From contig MU004235.1 in assembly GCA_010405405.1 (NCBI GenBank), positions 1,995,539-2,037,075 of the forward strand: a stretch of 41,537 bases of DNA. Direction: 5' to 3'. Below, piece after piece: positions 1 to 9,012 of the stretch. The notes beneath the pieces were generated by a model. That model made no database searches. It was not told the origin of the DNA and was given only the letters and a program-made list of their open reading frames with translations. A program made the translations under genes and the position numbers. This DNA is from Microthyrium microscopicum (Eukaryota). Positions within the stretch are counted from its first letter, which is position 1; each line of letters opens with the position of its first letter.

Positions 1-1
1 T

Positions 2-136
2 ACGACTGGTGTGAGCCTATTGGTTTATGATCGCAATGGAGCGGAAGCAGATCCTGATACAAAGTTTCGTTCGGGTTTTATAAGAGAAACCATCACACAT
101 CTTACAGCACCAGTTACAGCTTCCTGTATCGCTTAG
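2..136 (+). CDS. possible 3' end of a gene starting upstream of the window
   Basis: Frame 2 is open from the window edge (TTGVSLLVYDRNGAEADPDTKF...ASCIA) to TAG at 134-136. No family recognised. Confidence 0.25.
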   Translation, partial: TTGVSLLVYDRNGAEADPDTKFRSGFIRETITHLTAPVTASCIA

Positions 137-673
137 TTTTGACATAAAGAGCAAATGGTCACGCCAATTCTGTTTCTAGCTATATCTTTAAAGGGAGCCA
201 TATCTTCAATAAGTTACAAGTGTCTTACTCAAATATATTATCAGATCATTCTTACATTTCGCAGTGATGACCTTTGTGGGCCAGGGGCCAATAGACAGAG
301 GGAGAGAGAGATGCAGTAGGATATGTTCTTCAGCGTTGGGACGATTCATTCTTCACCGCTGATGTAACTGCGAGCATCGTCATGATTTTGCGAGATATGC
401 GTTCTTAACTTTCTGCATCGCCTGGTTTGCTTTCTTGGTCGCCGTTGTACAGGGGCCTACTTTAGTATATAACCTGATGTAAGTGTGGAATCGATATTTA
501 AGATCACAAGACTTTTGCCATAACTGCATCTTGGCAAGATGAAAGTGATAAGAGTCAATGATAATGACAAGCTATATTGGGTCAGTAAGAGAGCATCAGC
601 TCAAGATGTGGCGAATATCTGTCTTGTATGTACTGAGAAGGCATAGTGCTCCACTACTGACCCATCCTCTGCG

Positions 674-1229
674 CTATAGTTTCTTCTTTTCCCCTTCGAA
701 GTTTCCCGTTTTCCCCTTTCTCTTCAAAAGGCGGGCTTGACGAAGGTACACAGAAGCAGCAATGGTGATCTTCACAAAGGGTTCACCTGGCTGCGGCTTT
801 AACTCCTCCACTCTAGCACTTCTGTCACTATGGACTTGCCTTCACGACAAATGTAGATACCTATCCTTCTTCGTTTGGCTTCATGGTCGGGGGCTCGAGC
901 TTGGGGTTCACTTGGAAACTTCCATCTGGTAAAAAGACCCCATATGGCTTGAAAAGCTCCTTTACCAACTGAGACATGCTCGGTGCGTCAGAACATAAGA
1001 ATGTGCCCACCGGGGGCATGCGAAGAGGGGGAATAGGATGAACCCTCGCAGGCAAAGTCTTGCCGGGGTTGTTCTGCATATACACATGTTCGCAGGTGTT
1101 CCAGATTACCTGACATATTTCAATATGTCTAGGCAGTACTACCCGTAATGGGGCAACCGCTGGTTGCTGAAACCGCTGTTGGTTTTGGCTGGGAGTTTGG
1201 CTTGAGTTTTGTGCTGGTAGAGCCGACAT
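674..1229 (-). pseudogene. degenerate array member A0
   Basis: ORF 1229-861 contains FLCSD, resembling the family CSE motif, and stops (TAG) immediately before a GTATCT donor. A candidate intron 860-813 leads to a segment with LCEDHHCCFC in one frame and YLRQARLLKRK...EKKKL* in another, which looks like a frameshifted PLCQDRxCHLLCPYLRA. Confidence 0.45.
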
Positions 1230-1290
1230 GTTCGCTGGTGTTGCAGTGTGGTCTGAAAGAGCTTTGCAAGAGATTTGCTCCAGAGACGAC

Positions 1291-1359
1291 TGTCAATGTC
1301 AGTCCTTGGGTTCGAGATGTAAATTGTCAATGTCGGTCCTTGGGTTCGAGATGTAAATT
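1291..1359. repeat. 34-bp tandem duplication upstream of A0
   Basis: tgtcaatgtc(a/g)gtccttgggttcgagatgtaaat occurs twice with one mismatch. Confidence 0.9.
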
Positions 1360-1809
1360 ATATAAAGAACGTCGAGGATGAGATCTATTCTCAAGATGCT
1401 AAATACCCGAGTACTGTGAAGTTACCTACTGAGTTTCAGTGAATAGATATACCAAAAGCGGGTAGGTGGACAGGCTAGAAGAAACTGATGAGTGACCACA
1501 TGAAGTCACTATTCCCGCTGGATATTTGGTGCGAAATGTTTGTTACTTTAATATTATAGATGAAGACAACATCTGAGGTAGATGAAATGCTTTGAAGAGA
1601 GGTACGTAAGCGCTAAGAAGGCGTTTCATGACTCTCATTTTTATTCCCGAATCCAGTAACGTTGACAAATGACTCGTGAGATCCTCTCATCAATCCCTTT
1701 TGTGTAGCTACCACGCTGAAGGACATTGACCTCAAACTCTGCGCCGTCTCATTTCTAGCTAGTAGCGACTAAGTATTCAAGTACGTTGCGTCGTTGTTCG
1801 AAGGCTCTG

Positions 1810-2197
1810 TTACTTGTGTTCGTCCTCCTCTTCGTCGACAGGTTCCAGCTCATCAATCTTTCTCTTCAGCTTAGCCTGTCTTTTGCCCTCAGCCTTAAGA
1901 TACGGACACAGCAAGCTACAAAAGCGATCTTGGCACAGAGGGCAACCGCGTGGCCAAGGCTTGTCCTCTAGGAAACATGGTTAGATCAAATTCTAATGCT
2001 TAATAGAAGGCAATTGCCTAGTACGCACCTTTCGGTTTTGATGGAATTTGGGAAAGAGACGGCTCGGGATTTCTGGACATGTCCGAAGGAAGTTCTGAGC
2101 AGACAGGGGCACGACGCGGTCTAACTCGGGCACGACGCCGGCTAACTCTAGGCGGAAGAACGGTACGTTTTCGAGCCGTCAATATAGTAAGGACCAT
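1810..2197 (-). CDS. WPRxCPLC-motif small protein A1 (2 exons: 2197-2029, 1967-1810)
   Basis: Phase-1 intron GTGCGT...CTAAC...TAG (61 nt). Product MVLTILTARKRTVLPPRVSRRRARVRPRRAPVCSELPSDM...PKEDKPWPRGCPLCQDRFCSLLCPYLKAEGKRQAKLKRKIDELEPVDEEEDEHK*. TATAAA-like site near 2285. Confidence 0.8.
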
Positions 2198-2587
2198 GTT
2201 GCCTGCAGACTGAAGTTTGGCGACTGAAGTTTGGGCGTATATTGTTGTTGAGGGTGTGAACTTTGCTGTGCAGGGCGGTGAGCTTTATAATCGCAGCTCA
2301 ATGTGGGAAGCGGAACTTGGAAAGGCGATGTTCGAGAGATGATGTTGGAGAAGCGAGGTCAAAGACATCAAAGACATCAAGCGCTCCCGTTTATATAAAT
2401 ACTAGGTTGAGCCAATGGAAGCGGCCCATAATTCAAGTTACAGCAGTAAGCTACCTACCTTCCCGTTAGCATGATTGACGCTCACTGATGCACCTCTTTG
2501 GACTTTTATGCCCGCTTATTGGCCGACTGGCCCTTCTTTACCTTCACCTGCTTGTTTGACGCCACCTCTTTAATTGTAAAAGCCCGC

Positions 2588-2986
2588 TTATTTGAGGTTT
2601 TGCGTTTGATTCCTTTTGTTGTTCTTTGTCACTGTCGCCTTCTTCTTCTGCTCAGCCCTTAGATATGGGCAGAGCAAATGGCAACAGTGGTCCTGGCAGG
2701 GAGGACAGTTTCGCGGCCATGGCTAGGCTTAGACTCTGCCTCTGGCTAAACAATGATGAGATGCGATTCATTGACACAGGGACTAGTACTTACTCTCTGG
2801 CTCCATGGAGTACGAAGATCTTGCCAGAAGTGACTCGGCCCAATCCATAGGCTCTTCAGAACAGAGCGGCACAGGAGGAGGTGGCATTAACCCTGTATTT
2901 TGGAAGAGGACAAGGTAGTTCAAGTGGCTGTTGGCTGAGGTTGTCATATAACTCTGGGGTGTTGAGACATCCTCACAGCTGCTCAT
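2588..2986 (-). pseudogene. WPRxCPLC-motif member A2, probable 1-nt frameshift
   Basis: Exon 1 (ORF 2986-2783, VPLCSEE) ends in a phase-1 GTAAGT donor. The last exon reads AESKP then AAGCCTAGCCATGG, one base short of frame with WPRNCPPCQDHCCHLLCPYLRAEQKKK...LK*. The motif also has substitutions (PPC, HCC). TATATAAAAG at 3031-3040. Confidence 0.65.
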
Positions 2987-3497
2987 GATGGCGAAAATAT
3001 CGCCTTACCTGTTGTTTAGTCCAGCGAAAGCTTTTATATAGCTCAGAATAGACAAAAGAAATTGCAAAAGCGAGCAGTCTAGTGATGCTTGGCGATTTGA
3101 AGTTTCTACATCTAAAATAAAGGTAGACAGAATAGATGGCCCGCTCATTTTGATTGTGATGGAACATCACTCATGGGGATTGGATATTCAGAGACACGAT
3201 GCACTTGAACATTTCAAATTTGACGACTCTAGTTAATGTTATACCCCCTTGGTAGGAATCAAAGGCTCTTCTGTTTTCAACGGACAATGATATCTTATAA
3301 GGTACAACGGGTTACGCCAATTGATTTATACAACGCACCAAGGGCTACCCAGCAATCATTGCCATTCAGTTCTCCACTCAAAGCGTCGTCCCCTTCTGTT
3401 TTGATTTCCAGCCCAAACATAATTGATGCCAACAATTCAGACTTCCATCACCCCCAAATCATTGTGTCAGCTCAGTTTTACAGCTGATCATGATGGT

Positions 3498-3758
3498 CTA
3501 GTTGTCCTCCACATCCGCTTGCTGCGTCTCTTCTTCTTTCACCTTCTTTTCCGCTTGTTTCTTTTCATCTTCTCTCTTTTCCTCTTGTTCTTTGTTCTTC
3601 TCGTTCGCAAGCTTTTCTTCCTCCTCTTTCTTCTTGTTCGCCGCTCTGAGGTATGGGCAGAGGAGGTGGCAGTAACGGTCTTGACATAGTGGACAGTTTC
3701 GCGGCCAGGGCTTGTCTTGTCTTGGTGGGCTCTTTTCTTCGCTCCTGGAGGACGACAT
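3498..3758 (-). CDS. WPRxCPLC-motif small protein A3 (no intron in the CDS)
   Basis: 86-aa ORF with DKPWPRNCPLCQDRYCHLLCPYLRAANKKKEEEEK and a K/E-rich tail. Lacks the CSE segment. Confidence 0.85.
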   Translation of the reverse strand: MSSSRSEEKSPPRQDKPWPRNCPLCQDRYCHLLCPYLRAANKKKEEEEKLANEKNKEQEEKREDEKKQAEKKVKEEETQQADVEDN

Positions 3759-4254
3759 CTTGAGCTTTGCACTGGCTGCTGTGTGTTCGATGTAAAGGTA
3801 TGGTTGCTATGGACAGGAAAAGGTAAGTGGCGGAAAAGAGGATAAAAGGCCTTAAAGCTTAGTAACAATTCCGAGTCTGGAACCTTATGCAGCTTTTTCG
3901 ATAGTTAATCAGGGACTCGGATTTCAAGAGCGGCAGAGTAATTCCTCCTGTTAAATACATCTGTAGCTCAAGATTCCATTTCCCTTAATTGCTACTTTTG
4001 AATACTACCTCTCTCGTGACTTGTTCCTTCGCTTGCTATATATCTGTCATAGATCAGGATATTTAGAACATTCAAGGTCAAATCAGGGAGCTCCCTAATA
4101 TAGAGACTAGAACCTTCAAAGCGAGAAAGTATAGATATAGAAAATCAGTAAGCATTCAAAGCTAACTTCATCACTTGATTCTGTTTAGCGACCACGGGCT
4201 CTACACAATAACTTTCAATTTCCATGCAGCAAAGAGTATCTCACATCTCGAACT

Positions 4255-4837
4255 CTAGGCCTTCTTAGCCTCTTCAGCTGCTGCCTCAACCTCGTTTTCG
4301 AGCACAGTCTTCTCCAACAAGTCAGTGACTTCTTCCACCTTGGCCTTCTCCTCCAACTGAGCCTTCTTTGCGGCCTTCTTTGCAGCCTTCTTTGCGTACT
4401 TCTTTGCCTTCTTCACATTCTCCGGTTTCTTCGCATTCTCGGCCTTCAAGTAGGGACACAAGACATGGCAGACCCGATCCTGGCAGAGCGGGCAATTACG
4501 CGGCCATGGCTCTATATTCGCAGGATGATTAGTCTGTGCTTGATTATTCCAGAGGATCATGATTCTTACTTTCGGGGTTGTTCGTGTCTTGAGCATCAAT
4601 TTGCTCTTCCTCGGACTCATCAAAAATCCACTCAGGGTGCTCCGAGCACGAGTTGGGTGGGAGGCTGAACGGTAAGTAACCCATGAGGGGTGTTTGATTC
4701 TGGAATTGCAAGAAACTGGTGCGAATGCCAAAATGAGGTGTCATGCCACGAAACGGGTGCAGCCATGGGCGGGAAGCAGGATGGTTGCTTGAAATTTGGT
4801 GTCGGACGCCATTTGTCCGATACAAGGTTGGGTCCAT
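4255..4837 (-). CDS. WPRxCPLC-motif small protein A4 (2 exons: 4837-4570, 4511-4255)
   Basis: Phase-1 intron GTAAGA...CTAAT...TAG (58 nt) joins ...PPNSCSEHPEW...NNPE to KPWPRNCPLCQDRVCHVLCPYLKAENAKK, followed by AKKA repeats. Confidence 0.85.
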
Positions 4838-5146
4838 TGGGGATTGCAGCTTTGCGCGAGTTTGTTGAGTTTGCGGATTGTCTGGGTGCGAGAGATAATG
4901 TGATGTTTGCGGTTGTTGGTGGTGAACGCGATGCGGAGATGGATGACGATGCAGAGATGGATGACGATGTTGGGCGCGAAGATAGAGTCGAATGAGCGAG
5001 CTATGGATTAAAACTAGTGACAGTCATGACAAGCGAGTCCCGGATTCAGGTGGTGAAGTCACTTGGACTAGCGGTTTATCATTGAGGTTACAAAAGGATG
5101 TTGCCTTTCCTACCTATCTAATCAAATGGAAATCGACACCTCAAGT

Positions 5147-5846
5147 TTAAGCCTTCTCGATGTCTTGTTCCTCATCCCCGTCCTTCTCCGTCTCTCCCCC
5201 CTTTTTTGCCTTTTTCTTAGCCTTCAGATATGGACATAGTAGGTGACAAAATCGATCCTGGCAGAGAGGGCAGTCGCGTGGCCAGATCTTCTCCGGTTTA
5301 TCTAAGCGCATTAACGACGCTGGTATCATAATGTAGCACAATTTACTAACCTTCTGCTGGTGGAGGTGATGGATTCACTCGTACAAAAGCTGAAGTTAAA
5401 GGATTGAACCACCAATTTTCGTTTTCGGGGGAGTTCCAAAATTGTGAACAAACGGGAGGACGATTGGCGACATACCCTATCAGAATGTTAGCTCAGATTA
5501 TGGATCGTTAAACGGTATAGATGACGTGGCTCTATGATCCTCCCCAAGCTCTTCACCCGAGGTGCTAGTAGGAGCCATAGAAACCAATAGTGACACGTCA
5601 TTTACTTTGCAAGTCAACGTTGTTGGGGAGAGGTATGCGAGCAGAATGGTGCTTACATCTGGCTATGGCTAGATGATAGTCGTAGGATGCATGCTGGAAG
5701 AAGTTGTTCGGCCGAATGGATGCTCTGTGGGCTGCAAGGCGTCGTTGTTTGTCCTCGTTATTCTTCTGTCTCTCTCTAGATTCTTTCAGCCGCTGGACAT
5801 GTCCATTAGTCTGGTCGAGATGTTTGGATTCACTACGAAGGCGCAT
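5147..5846 (-). CDS. WPRxCPLC-motif small protein A5 (3 exons: 5846-5606, 5476-5351, 5301-5147)
   Basis: Two phase-1 introns (GTAAAT...CTAAC...TAG; GTTAGT...TAG). Product MRLRSESK...RYVANRPPVCSQFW...EDKPEKIWPRDCPLCQDRFCHLLCPYLKAKKKAKK...*. Confidence 0.8.
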
Positions 5847-5890
5847 TTTGCGTATCGATGGCGACTGGCGGAGGTAGGAGGGGAGTGGAT

Positions 5891-5960
5891 GACGATGGGT
5901 TTTGTCTGTGTATTAGGTAGGACGATGGGTTTTGTCTGTGTAGGTATTAGGTAGGACGAC
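5891..5960. repeat. ~30-bp tandem duplication upstream of A5
   Basis: gacgatgggttttgtctgtgta...ttaggtag occurs twice. Confidence 0.85.
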
Positions 5961-6236
5961 AAGAATTGTTTTATAGGCGTGAAGTGTGGCAAATATCAAT
6001 AAATAGCGAAAGAGCGACCCGCTAGCCGCCCAGCACTTACCTTATTGCGACCGCAAGCTTGATATCGCTTTCTAAATTAGGAAGTATTCAACAAGGCGAA
6101 TAGGCATCGACTCTCGCCCACTCAGAAATGGAAGGAGCAATAGTCACACCCAAGGCAATCTATCAGACGATATAGAATTATAGCCGATTTCATAAGAAGA
6201 CCGCCAACTGGCTGGGTAGCACCAGCACATCAAAGC

Positions 6237-6919
6237 CTACACATTTTCCGCCTTTGCCTGTTCCTCTTCCTCGCGCTCCTTGGTTTCCTGTTCCTTCTTC
6301 TTCTCCGCCAGCAAATATGGGCATAGCAGATGACAGAATCGGTCTTGGCACAAAGGACAATCTCGAGGCCAAACTTCAACCTCGACTTCTGTAAATCTGT
6401 TAGCAACGTCTAGTGATTGACTAGACATCAGAACAATCTGACCCTTCTTTTCCGTCTCAAACACAAGCGGCGGTGGCGACCACAGCGACAAATTATGCGG
6501 CTCACGGACAAGAGTCATGTAATCCTTAAGGACTCTATTCAACAAGTGATATTGGGTGTATTCACGCCATCCCCCTTCAGAGCAACTTTGGCCAGGTGCG
6601 GGACGGGCTATAAAGACCATTAGTTCCGATTTCGTGGACAAGACAGCACAGGAGACCCACGGGTTGATGCGTTATATAGCTCACGCATTCTAGCTAACAT
6701 AAGCGTGCGCCGCGCAGTGTATTGCGAAGCTTGGAAAGCACGAAGTCTTCTGGAACGAGGATCCGCAGCTGGTTGAAATTCCTGGGAAGCACGAAGTCTT
6801 CTGGAACGAGAATCAGCTGCTGGTTGTGATTCCTGGGAAGCACGAAGTCTTCCAAGGCGTCCTTGGCGAGCTGTTGGATGGTGCAACGAAGACCCGCGTG
6901 TAGTATAATCAGGGCGCAT
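6237..6919 (-). CDS. WPRxCPLC-motif small protein A6 (3 exons: 6919-6661, 6607-6443, 6388-6237)
   Basis: Phase-1 introns GTGGGT...CTAAT...TAG (53 nt) and GTCAGA...CTAAC...CAG (54 nt, frame-preserving). Product MRPDY...(RRLRASQE)x3...PAPGQSCSEGGW...PPLVFETEKKEVEVEVWPRDCPLCQDRFCHLLCPYLLAEKKKEQ... Confidence 0.8.
6732..6855. repeat. in-frame tandem repeat (about 2.5-3 units) in A6 exon 1
   Basis: gaagcacgaagtcttc recurs three times and encodes RRLRASQE(S/F)QPAAD(S/P)RS-like units. Confidence 0.85.
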
Positions 6920-7210
6920 TTTCGCGAATTGGGCAACGTAGGCTGTGAGCGCGCAGAATGTATTGTGTGGACAAAAGAGTTTAGATCAATGGCTGTAGGC
7001 GGTGGGTGGAAGAAGTGGAGGATGAATTGAACGAAGCAGAGGAAGTGAGAAGCTTAAAGAAGAACAATCTCAGAGGTTGGAGGACGAGACCAGGAACTAC
7101 AGGTGACAGAACGTGTTAGGTAGGCGTCACGGCTCCTGTTCCCTTGAGCGACTCGAGGCAAGTTTTGAGCGAATTGTTGGCAACATGTCAGATGGAAGTA
7201 GCTTTTCACC

Positions 7211-7866
7211 TCATATGTCCTCCTGTTCCTTCATTTCGTCGCTGTCATCCATGGTATTCTGCTCCGATTCGTTTTCCTGCTCCGATTCGTTTTCCTGTTC
7301 CTCTTGCTTCTCCTTCGCCTTCCGCTTCTCACTAGCTCTGAGATACGGACACAGTAAATGACAAACTCGATCCTGGCAAAGTGGACAATCCCGCGGCCAA
7401 ATTTCAACTTTGTCTTCTAAGATTTGTTAGTATCGCCTTATGACTCCGAACATGAGCATAAGCTCACCCTTCTTGTCCGTCTCAAACACTAGCGGTAGTG
7501 GCGTTTTCTGAAAATACGAGATTCGCGCCTCATCGAGGAGAGCAAACTTCTCATTAAGCATGTCCATTTGGAGGTCGCGAGATGATTTCCCATGGGAACA
7601 AGATTGGGGGTTGGTCTGATGCCCTAGATAAACCGTCAGCTTAGGTTCAGTGAAAGCACAAGAGACTTACAAGCCAACCACTGATCCATTTCACTGAATC
7701 TGTCCCGCAGGCATCTTCGGAGTGCTGCCCGCCGTGCTGCGTTATGCGCTTGAAGTCTTCTGAGACGACGAGCTAGGTTGGGTGTTGGGTTGCGCTTAAA
7801 CTCATCGTCTAGGGCATCTGTCGGATGGCGGAATGGCGACGTGCTTGTGTTGGAATCACGGCGCAT
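7211..7866 (-). CDS. WPRxCPLC-motif small protein A7 (3 exons: 7866-7671, 7623-7468, 7416-7211)
   Basis: Phase-1 introns GTAAGT...CTGAC...TAG and GTGAGC...CTAAC...TAG. Product MRRDS...LARRLRRLQAHNAARRAALRRC...WHQTNPQSCSHG...PLPLVFETDKKEDKVEIWPRDCPLCQDRVCHLLCPYLRASEKRKAKE...EDI*. Confidence 0.85.
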
Positions 7867-7984
7867 TTTTGGATATGAACCGTTCCGCGTTATTTAGTAG
7901 AAGTAAGACTCTCCGAGAGGATCTGCGGTGCGCAAGAAAGAACAAAGTTGGTAAGGATGGCGGGTAGTGGTGGAATGAGATGAA

Positions 7985-8050
7985 GATGGACAGATTCAGA
8001 GGGCGAAAGGTAGAAAAGATGGACAGATTCAGAGGGCGAAAGGTAGAAAG
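7985..8050. repeat. 33-bp tandem duplication upstream of A7
   Basis: agatggacagattcagagggcgaaaggtagaaa occurs twice. Confidence 0.9.
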
Positions 8051-8226
8051 GCGTAAACAAGCTGGCACAGACGAAGACGGCAAGAGCAATGCGAAATAGG
8101 ACTTATTCGCTTTTTTGAGGTGACGCACCGGGAGTGAATGGGAGGACCGGATTTCAAGCAAGATATTGGACCAGAGCTGTTTTTGATCAATTGTAATGAA
8201 AAGTTTCTTATTGTTCTGCTTGCTTT

Positions 8227-8732
8227 TCACAGGCCGCTACTCTTAAAGTTCTGCTCCTCTTCGTCTTCTTGTGCCTCCTCAGCTTTCTGCTTCTCACTAG
8301 CTTTCAGATATGGGCATAGTAAGTGACAGAACTTTGTCTGACACAATGGACAATCCCTAGGCCACGGCTTCTCCCCTTTCTCCTTCTCTGACTATCATTA
8401 GCACCGATAGTCTTTTTCAATTCAATAAAAGCACGTACTGCCCCAAGCATGGTCAAAAGATTCCACGAAGGTATCCAAAATATCATCGAGGTCGTCTAAG
8501 GAGGTTACTCTGAATGTGGGACGCTCAGAGCAGAATGTTCTGCCCGGGTTGACTGCTTAGCATGTCAGCTTAGTCCTGTCAATTAAACTTTGTTTACGAG
8601 GGGGATATGACCGATAGTTCCTTGAGCGTTGATGATGCTCGCGGTCAAGGCTTGCAGTTGTTGCGAGAAAGCTTGGATGCTTTGGTTGACAGCGATCCAA
8701 TTTCGAGGAGGCTGGTGTGGTGGGTTTTGCAT
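8227..8732 (-). CDS. WPRxCPLC-motif small protein A8 (exons 8552-8439 and 8387-8227; exon 1 from ~8732, donor uncertain)
   Basis: Phase-1 intron GTACGT...CTAAT...CAG joins NPGRTFCSERP...DHAWG to KKEKGEKPWPRDCPLCQTKFCHLLCPYLKASEKQK...GL*. The best exon-1 donor (GTAAAC) is phase 0; only a weak GTCATA donor gives phase 1. Confidence 0.7.
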
Positions 8733-9012
8733 TTTGGCGAGAGTTATGTTTTGTTGGCGGTTCGAAGGAAGACTGATGGAACGTGGCGGGAGAGACAGAT
8801 GGTGTCGAAGCTGTGGGGTATTTGGTGATGGTAAAGTTGGATTTACTTGAAGCTCATGAGGTGGCCATAAAGCCATTGAGATGCAAACAACGTTGGAGCT
8901 AATAATCATGGGAGCCGTGATATGAAGCAACTTGATAGACTGCCACCGCGACGACAACAATATATCGCGATTTCTATCATCCCATGTACATTTAGCAGTA
9001 TCAGCTCAATGT

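Noticed and set aside
4255..4731. Unspliced 158-aa ORF as the model for A4 (likewise 5147-5341 and 6237-6641)
   Set aside because: These read through introns. The spliced models have canonical signals, consistent phase and recover the CSE motif.
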